DNA of 64,000 bases from Octopus sinensis. Its lineage: Eukaryota. Position numbers and translations under genes: made by a program. Shown in pieces: positions 1-13,025 of the stretch. The notes beneath the pieces are model-generated. The model searched no databases, was not told where the DNA came from, and worked only from the letters and a program-made list of their open reading frames with translations. How positions within the stretch are numbered: position 1 is the first letter of the stretch; each line of letters begins with the position of its first letter. Where the stretch lies: the NCBI RefSeq assembly GCF_006345805.1, contig NC_042997.1, positions 124,000,001 through 124,064,000 of the forward strand. Reading direction: 5' to 3'.

Positions 1-440
1 CATGTTTAAGCACCGAGAGTCATCATACATAAAAAACTATCTAAGTTTCCCCAGAGGAAAATGATTGTACCTTTTGTTACGTGAAACCTGAAATATTTAA
101 AGACAGCACAATCATGCCATTTTCCCAAGATATTGTTTCATATATAATCTATAGTTTACTGAAGCTATTTCTATTAACGTATCAAACTTATTTATGTTTA
201 GTAGAAACGCTTGATAATGCATCTCATTAACATGGGAAGTTAGATTCGTCAGAGTGTTATTAGTTTTCTCTGACGAATAACGCATGCTTCTAAGTAATGA
301 AAACGATTTAAGTAAAGAGTGCAAGAAACTTCTGGATGTATAGCAATAATAGAAATTATAAAGTTTTTAAGTAAGCATCCTACTGTTTACCATGTTGAGA
401 TATGAATTGGAACGGAAATCACAACTCCTTTACGTATATA

Positions 441-535
441 CATACGTACATACATACATACATACATACATACATACATACATACATACATACATACATA
501 CATACATACATACATACATACATACATACATACAT
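441..535. repeat. (TACA)n microsatellite
   Basis: Pure tetranucleotide run; explains the YIHT/CMYV ORFs 387..629 and 392..832. Confidence 0.97.
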
Positions 536-895
536 CATGTATCATACTCACATGTGTGTGTAGTATTTGAAAATAACTTGCAAATACAAGTACTACCACT
601 TGAAAGCTCCACAAACAGGATATTAGCATATTATGAGGACATCAGAAGAAAATGCGCGCCGTATTCCTTTGAAGTGTTTCAATATTTCAGGTTTCACGTT
701 TCAAGAAGTTTAAGGGAAAAGGTAGATAGCTTTTTAAGCATAGTGAATCTCGCTCTCAAAAATTGTATTGATGACTCTCGACGATATAACGATATATCTG
801 CTTCAGCAACTCTGCTTGGATTTACGTGGTAAACGATACGTACAAGAAAAAATATGTTACAGAACGTAATATACCTATATGATACACCTATACTA

Positions 896-2157
896 CGAGG
901 GGCGTTCAATAAGTAATGCCCCTGATCCACTTCCCATAGCAGTAGAGCAACAAAACTTGGCACAGTTCTTAGTCTTTTTCTACATAGGAACAACCCAGAG
1001 TTACGCATTTCTCCCATTGTTTGATGCAGCTCTGGAGACTGTTTTCGTGACTTCAGAAATCAAGGCTGCATCATCTGGGAAACGCTTTCTTTTCAAAAAC
1101 ATCTTCATGGCTGGGAAGAGGTGAAAATCAGAGGATGCAAGGTCAGGAAAGTAGGGGGGATGGGGAGGAGTTCATAGCCATACGCCTGTGCTTCTGATCT
1201 GGCGACAAGCGAGTTGTGGACCGGAGCGTTGTCCTGCAAGAGGAGGATGCCTTTGCTGATCTTGCCCCGCCTCTTGGTTGTGATAGCTTCTCTTAATTTC
1301 CTCAAAAGTGAAGCATGATAGGCTCCTGTAATTGTGGTACCCTTTGCCAGGAAATCTGTCATCACTACTCCGTCCTGGTCCCAGAAGACAGTGAGCATGA
1401 CCTTGCCAGCGGATGGCTGCACCCTTGCTTTCTTTGGAGGAGGTAAGTCATGGTGCTTCCACTGCATTGACTGGGATTTGGTCTCTGGATCATAGTGATG
1501 GACCCAGGTCTCATCCTGTGTAATCAGTCTTTTGAAAAATTTTGACTCATCTTCTTGGCACATCTCCAAATTCATCCTCGTGCACTCGACGCGTTCTTGC
1601 TTCTGGAAAAGTGTGAGCAACCTGGGAATTCATCTGGCAGACACCTTTTGCATATGCAAATGGTCATGAATGATAGTTTCCACAGACCAGGTACTAATCT
1701 TGACCTCATGGGCTATTTGGCGAATAGTTATGCGTTGATCTTTCAAAATAGCAGCCTCAACTTGACGGACAGATGCCTCATCAATGGCAGAAGGGGTGCG
1801 ACCAGATCTGGGAGCTGTTTCCACAGAGTTCCGACCATGTTTGAATTCAGGATGCCAGCGTTTTACAAGGTCATATGATGGCGCATCATCACCATAAGTT
1901 ACTTTCATTTCATCAAAAGTCTCCTGTGGTGTGCGTCATTTCAAATACAAAAACCGGATCACTGCTCGACACTCAACAGGCTCCATTTCCCACTTGAATC
2001 ATTTCAAACACCTGTAAATCGGATACGACAATTAGTTCGGAGCTGTAATTTGCCACTTGATCTATAGAGATATAAATAATTGCACATGCAAAATAAATTT
2101 CAGCTAGATCAAACAACGGCAAGTGGGTCAGAGGCATTACTTATTGAACGCCCCTCG
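896..2157 (-). mobile_element. Full-length mariner (DD34D) DNA transposon with inactivated transposase
   Basis: ~37-bp TIRs CGAGGGGCGTTCAATAAGTAATGCCCCTGATCCACTT (896-932) and inverse (2121-2157) with 2 mismatches; TA TSD at 894-895 and 2158-2159; length 1262 bp. Confidence 0.96.
930..1986 (-). pseudogene. Mariner transposase pseudogene
   Basis: ATG at 1986 (MEPVECRAVIRFLYLK*), HTH region (ORF 1630..1908), SAR*IPR (WVP-like motif with W->stop), ITQDETW, LLQDNAPVH, frameshifted PYFPDLASSDF (YSPDL motif). Confidence 0.93.
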
Positions 2158-2622
2158 TACAATATAATGTAAAATAATATGATATAATATAATATATATA
2201 ATATGACATGATATAATGTACACATGAAATATAATATATTCATATCTTCCCCAAGAATATACCAGAGATAGTGCATGGACTCGAACGATAGAGCGTGACG
2301 AACATCTTAATGGATGTGAAGAATAATACACAGGATGCAAAGGCGTATCCTACTTGCGTTATTGCATTCTGAAATCAAGGACTGGATCACAATTGGGCAG
2401 CCAGCGCTAAGTCACTAAGCATGTCCCTTAGTGGCTGACAATATTTAGATCTCTCATTATGAGCATGAGTAGTGGGGAAGTATCAAAGTCATTGTTTGAG
2501 AGGGATCCATAGGAGTTTGAATAAATGTAACAGAAATGTTTGAAGGAAATCTAAGCAATTTTTCGTACTTTCTAAGTGTATGCAAATAGGAAATAACAGA
2601 TGGTGCCCAAGGATATAAAGAG

Positions 2623-2654
<32 letters not shown>

Positions 2655-2657
<3 letters not shown>

Positions 2658-2720
2658 TCTTTTACTCTTTTACTTGGTTCTGTCATGTGACTGGGCATGC
2701 TGGAGTACCGCCTTTAGTCA
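2655..2720 (-). mobile_element. SINE family 1, 3' tail fragment
   Basis: TACTCTTT tail repeats plus ...CATGCTGGAGTACCGCCTTTAGTC, matching the full copies at 36891 and 58249. Confidence 0.8.
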
Positions 2721-3779
2721 AGGCTACATTCCGACATAATCTTTACGTCTGTAATATTTGTGTTGCTACGTTTTTACGAAAACGATCCGGTTATTCTGTC
2801 TGAAAACTTCAACATAACGTTTTCAATTCGATTTCAGTTTGGATTGAATAAATATATTGGGAAATTGTTAATATATATATGATGCGCGTGCATCCATTGA
2901 ATAAAAACTTTGGTTCAGCACGTGTAACTGCATAAGATGAGAAATTATTTTTGAATTTTGATATTTTAGAGGTGCAACAAAACTGATTTTCGCCATAATT
3001 TTAACACATTTTCATAAAATCACACTCCCAGAAGATGTATTACATAACTAGCAGTGTGACATAATAATTGTCCTCTCCTAACAAATTATGTTATTTTATA
3101 TTCAAACGTTCAAAGGAATTTCTGATCTATATTTCCTTTCATCTCTTCAGGGTCGATGAATAAGTATAAATCTTGAATTGATGAAGGAGAAATTTACCGC
3201 ATCATGCAATAAAAGAAATTTACAAACGCGGTTGCCCTCTGATATATTAAATCATGAGCATTGCAGGTTCTTTATGGTTTTCTAGAATCTATAATTATTT
3301 TGATATCTTGATACAATATTTAAAGAATATCAGTAACTATTTTTTTTTAATATTGTTTTTGAAACAGAATTTCACGAACCTTTTCCAAAGAATTTTATGT
3401 GCAAGCGTTTCCCACAGCAATTCAAATACACGTGTTCTGGGTTAATACCTATAGAGGAAATTGTTTATATTAATAGGTTATCATTCACTTTTCGTAGTCG
3501 AGCACTTTCATGTGCTTTTTTGCTTTGTGTTTTTTTACACATATTTTTTTTTATTTTGCAAGAAGGGAATATTTAGAAATGTCTGTTTGAGACAATTATG
3601 AAATATTCACCACATTTAACATATCAAACAGTTGAAACTTTAATTTGCTGAATGCACACGGCTGGTTAGCTTTTTTCCTATTCCTCCGATGTAATTCTCG
3701 TTGCAGTGTAGGTATGAGATATAGTGGATGAGATTTGTATCGCAATTCATGTTTGCATCTATCTTCAATTTTTTTGCAT

Positions 3780-4800
3780 TCTCTTACTTCTTCCTTGTTA
3801 AATTATTTCATACGTCTTACAACGCGTGAGTCCACGGTGTGTTATCTGTGTTATTTCACTTTCTCATTTGAATGTTGCCTTTATTCAAAGTCTTTTTAAC
3901 TTTGGTGGCTGCCTTCAACTCTTAATAATTTGTGATGCTTTAATTATTTGCCTGAGGTCTGATGATCTTATAACTGGAAGTTATCGTTCGGTCGATTGCA
4001 GGATGTTGTGTTTCAACATTTATGGGTGATAACAGAAGGTATACTTATATTTGTTTTTTTTTCTCATCTTGTGGATTCTTCTCTATTGGACAGATTAGGG
4101 TTTCGTTTGCTATGTTTGTGGCATTAACTTCTGTGAGTATTTTGTTTCTCAGTGAAAATATTTAGCTGTACTAATAATTTCTATCGTTTCGTTGTTTCTG
4201 TAACTATTGACCCTGTACGTTTTGCCATATTGAATGACATGTTCCTCTTATACGTGTGATGCATTGCAAGATAATATTGGTGTGTGTCAGTGACCTTCCA
4301 GAACTGATAGGTTACAGCTGTCTCCTTTTCTTCAATTATCGATATTTTAAGGAAAGGATATATCCATTCAATCAATTCCAAAGTGAATTGGATTGTTTCA
4401 TGAATGCTATTTACTACTTGGGGGAATATTGTAAGACGCTCCTTAATTTCGTTCTAAAATCTGAGACATGCATGCAACAATATTGTTCCGTTTCTTATTA
4501 AATATCATTGAAAATATTCATGAAAAGTAATTCCAGAGAGGATACTGATATATTCTTCGAGGAATCCGGACATCAGTGCCACTGTCTTCCTCATTGCCCT
4601 GCTTTGTATTCCTAGGTAGTTTTATCTATTTAAAACGAAATAGTTGTTTTCTAGTACCATTATAATCTTTCAAGTTTTGGTGTGAATCTCTCTTGAATTC
4701 TTTATGTGTATTTGTCTATCCAGAATTCCGCTGGCTGTAATCCTTATTGATAGGGATTACTTGTATAGAGGCTAGTTAAGTTGAATATAGCCAGGATCCT
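3780..4800 (-). mobile_element. Decayed Penelope-like element (Neptune-like) RT/thumb fragment
   Basis: Minus-strand remnants LAIFNLTSLYTSNP (~LVTFDVTSLYTNIP), VLENNYF, MSGFLEE, YPFLKI, KVTDTHQY, KRNMSFNMAKR, RQPPKLKR. Confidence 0.75.
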
Positions 4801-5240
4801 CTCTTTATCTACTCGTTTGGTCTTTTCTTTCATGTTGCTGTGCTTGATTCCATCTGTCTCAATTATTGAGGTTGAAACGCCTTCATCATTTCACCACTTG
4901 GCAACCATATGCTTTCTGTCCTGGCAAGCTTTCTTCATCTCACCACCATCGTAGCGCATTCTGAGAGTCCAAACTCCATCTTAATATCATTGGAGAAAAT
5001 CTTTACAGACTGGACTAGTGCTGCCTCGAATAGCAAGAGGTTCAGTTTTCCCTTACAACTTCCCTGATTTGTTTTCTGTAGCATTTCACTCAATGGAATC
5101 ATACCCATCACGATTGTCAGTGGGGTCACACTGTCCCGCTGGAAGATTTCTCTCTTGATTTCCCCCTCTCTTAATACTTGCTTCCCTGCTGTCAATTCCA
5201 TTCTCCAGCATTTCATGCTATTCTATATAAGGCTTCTCTT
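4800..5240 (-). mobile_element. R4/Dong-clade LINE RT fragment
   Basis: IKREIFQRDSVTPL (~RGIFQGDSLSPL) and FSNDIKMEFGLSECA in ORF 4935..5216. Confidence 0.8.
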
Positions 5241-5254
5241 ATTTTCTACTACAA

Positions 5255-5338
<84 letters not shown>

Positions 5339-5345
5339 ATTATTA

Positions 5346-5384
<39 letters not shown>

Positions 5385-5426
5385 TATTATTATTATTATT
5401 ATTATTATTTTATTATTATTATTATG

Positions 5427-5461
<35 letters not shown>

Positions 5462-5472
5462 GCGTTGTTGTT

Positions 5473-5513
<41 letters not shown>

Positions 5514-5515
5514 TT

Positions 5516-5548
<33 letters not shown>
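5255..5548. repeat. (TAT)n/(TAG)n compound microsatellite
   Basis: Direct reading. Confidence 0.97.
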
Positions 5549-5549
<1 letters not shown>

Positions 5550-5890
5550 TTTATTTGTTTCCTGGTTTGGTCTTATTCCTGGTATGAATTATGTGGATAA
5601 CGGATTACTACCTGTAACCTTAGGTATCCACAAGTTTTCAGGAATTTTCCAAGTGCTCTCCTCATAATCCTTGCTGACCCTAAGTGACAAAATCTCTGTA
5701 GGAGCTCTATCGAGCATTCTATTTCAATATCCGTCAGTAATTACTTTATAGCTTGACTTACTATACCCATCACACCAATTGTTATAGGCACGATATTTAA
5801 CGTACGCATGCTCCAAATTACTCCAATTTCCAATTTTCGAAGATTGCATTTTTTTCCCATTCTCTCTTTACGATCCCGGAATCAAATAAG
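5550..5890 (-). mobile_element. R4/Dong-clade LINE 3' end (5'-truncated)
   Basis: WSMRTLNIVPITIGVMG...LLQRFCHLGSARIMRRAL-type C-terminus, then short 3'UTR running into the TAA/CTA repeat. Confidence 0.75.
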
Positions 5891-5934
5891 CATGATGGGT
5901 CGAAAAGTAAGCAACTTCGCTTTTACTTATTATT

Positions 5935-5967
<33 letters not shown>

Positions 5968-6310
5968 ATTATTACTATTATTATTATTCACTTTTAGTCT
6001 GCATGTTTGTCACTATTACTCCCCGATTCAAACCCAGTGTCCTAAGGCGAATGAAGAATAAGAAATGCTACAATATGACTGAAAGTTTGGGTAGGAGAAT
6101 TGGCAGAAGCAGTAGCGAAATATTTTCACATAATACAACACATTTAAATTGATAGGGCTTTTCTAAGGATGTGGGCAGTACTTGTCAGCGCAATCTTTTG
6201 GATTTCTCTGAGATATGGTTCTCTTGGTATATAATTAAAAGTTTCTTATCATACCTACCGTTCTCGCTTTAAGATGCCACATCTTTTGTATTTCAGTTTC
6301 CAGGTCCTTA

Positions 6311-6440
6311 TACTCTTTACTCTTTTACTCTTTTCATTTGTTTCAGGACTTATTCTTTGTAAGACTAGTACTTATTCAATCAGACATTTTTGCCGAACCG
6401 CTAAGTTACAGGGACGTAAACACACCAGCATCGGTTGTCA
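6311..6440 (-). mobile_element. SINE family 1 fragment inside the R4 LINE
   Basis: TACTCTTT tail plus GGACTTATTCTTTGTAAG...GCCGAACCGCTAAGTTAC...CACACCAGCATCGGTTGTCAA. Confidence 0.85.
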
Positions 6441-7480
6441 ATATTTACTTAGTTTGCCAAATCCCTTTACAGATATACTTTGATCAGTCAGAACACTTAC
6501 ATCTTTTAGTCTACAAGTATTTTCTCCCCAGTCCTTAATGACTATGTCTGGTCGATTAGCCTGGATCTTTCTGTGGATGTTGACTGGAAAATCCCAGAGG
6601 ATAGTGGCATTTTTATCTTCAAAGGCTGGCTCAGGATAACGTCCATACCAGTAAGCAGGAGAGTTGATTTATGGTGTTTACATATTTTCCAATGTAAATA
6701 CTGTTCTACCCTATTGTGGCGATTTTGTATTCGTTTGGTGTCAGCACAAGGTATCTCGTGGCGAGATGGCCTGTTGTTTCATCAAGTCTATCGCGGATTC
6801 TGCATTTAGGGTCGGAACCGTTCTGAAGAACGTTAGACTGGTAGTTTTTGGTAAGCAAGCGTTGATCTTGTGTCGCCAGCATGAAACCGTCTGTCTCTGA
6901 TTTCAGTCCTGAGCTTCTCAGCAACTGATAAGTGGTTGCTTAGTCTATATCAGCATTTCGGCTTCAAAGTATATATTGTTCATGCAGGGGCTTCTGACTC
7001 CACCACTGCTCAATTTCACTCTACCAATTCTTCTTTGTAGTCTGTTTGATACGTTTTGATTTCTCCGTGGCATTGGTTTCAGATTCTCCATCTAATTCAG
7101 GGTTAATGCCAAGTTCCCTTGCGAATTTGTAAACATCCTTGACAATATTATGTGACATTTTGCTGCTCTCGTGTTTGCGCACAAGCCCCAGTATCCAGTT
7201 CTCAGTACTAGATAAGTACTTTTTAATTATTATTGTGGAGGTCTTATAGTACAGTTCTACCTGCATCATTCCTGTTACCCATTACGTCTATGGAGGTACA
7301 GAAGATCAGCGTCTGCTTTTGGGTGGTACCTGTTCTTAGATGTTAGTAGTTTTCTTGTTTTCCTTTCCAGGCGTTAGAGTTCTATAAGATTTCAGCTAAT
7401 GATCTTAAAACCGTATTGGACTGCTGGAAGTGCTAGACTGTTAATGGATTCAATACGATTTTTGGAGTTGAGTTCGATCT

Positions 7481-8781
7481 TTAGTCAGTATGAAATTTGT
7501 AGTAGGGTATATGGTAAACTTTGACAGCTGCACCTTTTTCGCCATTATTATATTTTGAAAATCTTTATTTTTTGTTACAAGCTGACATATCTACTTTTTT
7601 TTTATTATATCTCATTTTGCGCTTCATAAAGTATTTATGAATCGTTTTTCCTATTTTTGATTAGATATAAATAAGTCGGAAACACGTAGAGTTTTGAAAT
7701 ATGAGTTCTTTCTTGGAAATTCAGCATCACAAATTGCTCGGAATATTAATGGAGCATTCCATTCTAATGTTTATTACACAGCAGACAGTATCAAATTGGT
7801 TTGCAAAATTTCGTTGTGGTAACTTTGATCTCACAAATGAGCAACGCGGTCGAGCAGAAACAATGGTGGATAATGATGAACTGTAAACCACCGTCGAGTC
7901 AGATCCATCGCAAAGTTCCAGTGAATTATCTCTGTTGCTTGGTGTTAAACAGCAAACAATATTGACTCACCTACTTCAAATCAGTAAAGTGAAAAAGTTG
8001 GATAAGTGGGTTCCACATGAACTCAACGAAAATCAGAAGCAGAAACGTTTGGAAGCCTGCATTATGCTACTTTCTCGGTACAAAAATGAAGCAAATCATT
8101 TATTAATCGAATTGTAACATGTGATGAGAAATGGATACAATACAACAATCGTAAACGTTCAGCACAATGGTTGGACAAAACGAGCCACCAAAGCACAGTT
8201 CAAAAAGCAAAATTCATCAAAAGAAGCTGATGATGTGTGTTTGATGGCCTGGTGCAGATATATTCCATTTTGATTTCATTAAACTTGGCTCATCAATCGT
8301 GACCGAAGTGTACTGCAGCCAACTGGAATAAATAACACAGAAATTTACAAAAAAAAAACAGCCTAAATTAGGCAACAGATTTTATTGTTGTCCACTCTTA
8401 TTTTATTGCAAGACAACACCAGACCACACATCACAAAATTGACATCGGCGAAACTACAGGAGTTGGTGTTGGAATTTCTCCATCATCTACCATACTCACA
8501 TGATTTGCCCTTACTGACAACCACTTCTTCTAGAATTTGGATAACTTTTAGATAGGAAAAATATTTAATTCCAACATGGCTGTAAAACAGGTTTTCTAAG
8601 ATTTTATTGACTCTAGATTGCCAGGCTTTTACAGTTCCGTGCTGGGCAAGATACCGTTGAAATGGCAAAAGTGTATTGACAATATGGGCGCATACTTTGA
8701 TGAATAAAACTATTTCCTGTAGTTATAAAACATTAGCAAACTTTTCTTTCTTTTCTACAAATTTCATATTTGATGACCTAA
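7481..8781 (+). mobile_element. Decayed mariner (DD34D) nested in the R4 LINE
   Basis: WFAKFRCGNFDLTNEQRGR, KLDKWVPHELNENQK, RIVTCDEKW, LLQDNTRPH, YSHDL; right TIR CTACAAATTTCATATTTGATGACCTAA + TA; left TIR partly deleted (TATGAAATTTGTAG). Confidence 0.9.
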
Positions 8782-11245
8782 TATAAGTCATATTCTTCTG
8801 TAATACTCCTTTCGCATTCTTTCCTTCATAGTAGCATGTTGAATACCACCATCGTTTATTCCCAGGTATTTATAGCTTTCTTGTGGATCAATCTCCTTGA
8901 TGGTAGTGTTGGTATCTAATTTAATTGACGCTGTTTGATTGAGCTTGCCTCTTAGAAAAGTTGCTTTAGCAGACTTATCAATGCCAAAATCCATCCTGAT
9001 GTCATTGCTGAACTCTTTAACAGTAGTTTAACAGCCCTACTAGCTTTTCGTCATTTCTAGCAGACAGCTTCTAAACGTCCATATATAACAGAGGGTTTAC
9101 TATAATATTATACACTTTGAATCCATACCTGGTATTACTCAATTGCTTTGACATTGGGATCAGTGCCATGCAAAAGAGTAATGAGAAGAGGGAGTTACCT
9201 TGAAAGATGCCTCGTTTGATGTTGGCTCATCCCATTACTATGGTTTAGAAGGAGACCTGTATTCCATCTTGGCCTTGCTACCGTGTAAGAACTTGGAGAC
9301 GACAGGAGAAATCTCATATATCTCAAGTGCCTTGAGTAGCCAATCAAACGCTTTCCTGTGGTCTATCCATGCAATTCTCAGGTGCTTCTTGGTCCGACAA
9401 TTCTCTACAATCATTTTATCTACGAATAATTGATCTTTGCACCTATAACGATTCCTTTTACAGCCTTTTTGAGCGTATGGAAGGATAGAGTGCTGTTGTA
9501 AGAAAGTGTATATTCTTTCAGTCAGTATTTAAGTGAGGATCTTCTGGGTGATGTTGAGACATGTTATTGGTCGGTAGTTCTTTGGATTTTTCGTGCCTTC
9601 AGTTTTTTAGTAGGATGTATGTTGTTCCTTCGGTCAGCTAGATGGGTATTTGCTCTGGAATTTGGATGACATCAGTTAGGAATGCAGCAACATTTTGTTG
9701 CACTTCTGTCAAGCAATTCAACCAGAAGTTAGGGATCCGATCCAGTCCTGGTGTTCTCCATTTGTGAGGTTTTCTAAAGCTCCTCTTTGCTCTTCTACTC
9801 CTATTGCCTCCCATTTCTGCTCTTCGGCTTCATCAAGTCCCACTTTCTCACGTTCTTTCCTTTGAGCTTCAGCACTATATTCGTTTTTTATTTTTTGCTC
9901 CATATCTTCTTCCAGACCTCCTTTACTTCTATCTTGCTTTTGCCAATTACCCTTTAAAATTTATTTTTGCATCTGTCTTGAATACCATGTTTTGTCATAC
10001 CTCCTGTATTCGTTATTTCACTAGTACCTTGGTTGCAGGGAGGTTTATAAAATCATTGATTTTATATTTTTGATGCAAACCAAATCCAAAAACGAAATAT
10101 TTTTGATGGAGTTTTCTAGCTTGTTTCGTTTTAAAATTTACTCCTCTGGCAAGTTCATCGAGAACTGATACATCCGCCCGCAGAAATTCGAGCTCTTTTT
10201 CTATTGCTACTTTCCACTTTGGAAGTCTATTAACATGGTTGTTCCTTTTCTGATCGTCTTGATACGTAATTGACCAGCAACACTTTAGTAGTGAAATAGA
10301 TGAGGTCATTTAAGCTTGTTAAGGCATTTGATTTATTTATTTATATCTAAGGGTAATATTATATATCATGAATATGTTGTTACTTCTTATACACTTTAGA
10401 AGCGGTTATCTATTGATTATGTAAGTAAACTCAATCTTGCTAAGTTTTCTCATAATATCGGTTTTTGCTTCTATGATCTCCTCTTTATTATTCACCTGAA
10501 ATTCTGTGCCATATCTATTCTAGTGCTCTTGAGGTCTACTTTCTTCTCTCTTTCCGCATATCTGTTCTTCGCTATTCTTTCTTCAGCTTCCTCTTTGGAA
10601 TGTACTACCCGGACACTGGGTCTTTTGTGTCTGTTAACTATTTAATCAGCATTGTTGTTTCCATTAGGTCTACCATGAGATATTTGTGTCCTAATTTGGC
10701 TAATTTCAGCGTCAGTTAATCTTCTTATTCTTAATGATGTCTCTACGCACATTACTTAATTTATTTACGTCTATATATCTCCGTACTTCGATGCATACTA
10801 AGTTTTTCCATAAATTGTATGTTTACACGGAGGCTATTGTTTGGGTTTAGATGGGCTGCTTGGAAAGCTTTCAACACATCTCTATAATCTTCTCTAGTCC
10901 AATTCATGCGTTTTGCTTCAGGTGATGTTTTTGGTGGTGTCTCTGCAGATCTAGGGTTAGGGTTACCTGGTTCTAGTTACTTAGTTGTTTGTTTTCTTTT
11001 TTGTTGTTGTTTTTGAGAGTTTATTCCAGCAGCAGACCATTCGACACCTGTCTTGTTCTCCACTGGGTATTGCGGCCCTTGTCCCAGGCGATGACCGATT
11101 CGGCATGAGTTTTGGTCTTCTCGTTAAAGCATTGATGGTGACAATAGCAGACGGGTCTGTTCAAAGTTGACTTTTTGATATGACACCCTTTCCTTGTTCT
11201 TCGAATGGATATGTTTATCATATCCATTTATCATATCCATATAGG

Positions 11246-11325
<80 letters not shown>

Positions 11326-11810
11326 CTATTGTTTTGGTAACTATGTTTCCGGACATAACAGTTTGTAATGTTTTAAACTGAGTATTAATCTGTTCCTTTT
11401 TATATTCGTTTGTTTTTGTTTGGTAGGGCGTCGCTTGTGATACGTGTTTTCTTTTATTTTCTGTGTGTGTATGTGTGTCGTGTAGGCATTAGTTATGTTG
11501 CTTGTAAATATTAGTATTTGTACATGGATGCATGGACAGTTGCATGCATAGGTAATTATTTAATTACTGTGTAATTAGTATGTTTTCCGGGGATCCTGGT
11601 GCTTTCCTTTTTCTTTTAATTATTTCTCCCTTTATTCATATACACTTCACATTCTGTCACATTGCGTATGTCACGTTGAGATATCACCCATTTAAGAAAG
11701 AAACTAGACTGTATGTAACAAAAATATTTCAAATTTTTTAGTTCTTTTGCTTTAACAGGACTTTACCCAGAGAGGTGTCGTGACGATTTCCTTCCATTGC
11801 ACCGATGTTA

Positions 11811-11900
11811 TTCTTCTTCTTCTTCTTCTTCTTCTTCTTCTTCTTCTTCTTCTTCTTCTTCTTCTTCTTCTTCTTCTTCTTCTTCTTCTTCTTCTACTTC

Positions 11901-11932
<32 letters not shown>

Positions 11933-12004
11933 CTTTTTCTTCTTCTTCTTCTTCTTCTTCTTCTTCTTCTTCTTCTTCTTCTTCTTCTCTTCTTCTTTCT
12001 TCTT

Positions 12005-12035
<31 letters not shown>

Positions 12036-12056
12036 TTATTATTATTATTATTATTC
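11811..12056. repeat. (TTC)n/(TAT)n microsatellite
   Basis: Direct reading; source of the poly-R/L/S/F ORFs. Confidence 0.97.
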
Positions 12057-12365
12057 TATGTTTGACTTTTGCTTTACATTTGTACAAGTTGGCTCCAAGT
12101 CTCATCCACAGACCTCAAGAAACAACATGTTGGGAGTTCATGTTTGTGTTATGCCTAGGGTGCCATATATTTTGTTTTGTACTTAGTGTTGTACTAGTGA
12201 GTGTCTAAAAAACCATACGAAAATTATGTTTGTTTTAAAACTTGAGGTTACATAGAGAGTATTTTGCGTAGGATATGAGCAGTTCCCATGAGCACATATT
12301 TTGAATTTCTGCAATTTGGTGGTTTCCTGGTATCTGAGTTAGGTACCAATCAGCCCCTTTTGCTA
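12057..12365 (-). mobile_element. R4/Dong LINE 3' end flanked by (TAA)n
   Basis: IAKGADWYLTQIPGNHQIAEIQ / VLMGTAHILRKILSM* then 3'UTR ending ...GTCAAACATAGAATAATAA. Confidence 0.85.
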
Positions 12366-12374
12366 TTATTATTA

Positions 12375-12426
<52 letters not shown>

Positions 12427-12451
12427 GTTGTTGTTGTTGTTGTTGTTGTTA

Positions 12452-12745
12452 TTCAGTAGTCCTATTTTTACCACGTTCTTTCACTGAACTACCGAGCGCA
12501 GTACTATGTGCCTTGGGTATGTGTTGTGGTGCCTTTATTTTCACTGATTTGCAAGTGTTTTGCGTAGGATGTGTGCGGTGCCTAGTAGTGCGACTTTCTG
12601 TATTTTATATATACTTTCGAGTCCTGGTGTTTTTGTTATGTCTGTGTCTGAATGTTTTTTTTGCTTTTACCATACTTAATACGCCCACTATGATAGGAAT
12701 TGTTTTTGTTTTTAGGCTCCACATTCGAATTACCTCTATTTCCAT
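12452..12745 (-). mobile_element. R4/Dong LINE 3' end flanked by (TAA/CAA)n
   Basis: EIEVIRMWSLKTKTIPIIVGVLSMV...IQKVALLGTAHILRKTL. Confidence 0.85.
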
Positions 12746-12750
12746 TATTA

Positions 12751-12792
<42 letters not shown>

Positions 12793-12971
12793 CCATCTAC
12801 TTTCATACACGTTTTTATTGTATGCTTCTTTATTTACCTAATTATTGATCTGACGGCCACTCTTACTGTCTCACCTTTATGGCCATTCCAGCATTAAAAG
12901 TGACATAGAGAAGGCTGTTAGATATATATATGTATATCTATATATATATAATGTATATATCTATCTATCTA

Positions 12972-13025
<54 letters not shown>

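Larger units (their letters stand above)
5990..10960 (-). mobile_element. Near full-length decayed R4/Dong-clade non-LTR retrotransposon (RT + REL endonuclease), interrupted by a mariner and a SINE fragment
   Basis: N-terminal KRMNWTREDY, RT motifs NYRPITCL, AWIDHRKAFD, RGIFQGNSL, LLYMDV, MDFGIDKSA, YKYLG; ETDGFMLATQDQ..DPKCR (CCHC region); C-terminal EIQKIALTSTAHILRKALSI*; 3'UTR abuts (TAA)n at ~5988. Confidence 0.88.

Noticed and set aside
264-320. CTGACGA...GAAA hammerhead-like string
   Set aside because: All three stems contain mismatches; compatible with chance in AT-rich DNA.
1555-1878. 107-aa plus-strand ORF
   Set aside because: Antisense shadow of the mariner transposase.
3105-3170. 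Strong-looking splice acceptor (pyrimidine tract + CAG)
   Set aside because: Matches the decayed central domain of SINE family 2 (CCTTTCATCC..GGGTCGAT).
11020-11240. Possible HDV-like ribozyme in the putative 5'UTR of the R4 LINE
   Set aside because: Local stems exist (CTGGG/CCCAG) but I could not build the nested double pseudoknot by eye; needs an RNArobo/Infernal search.
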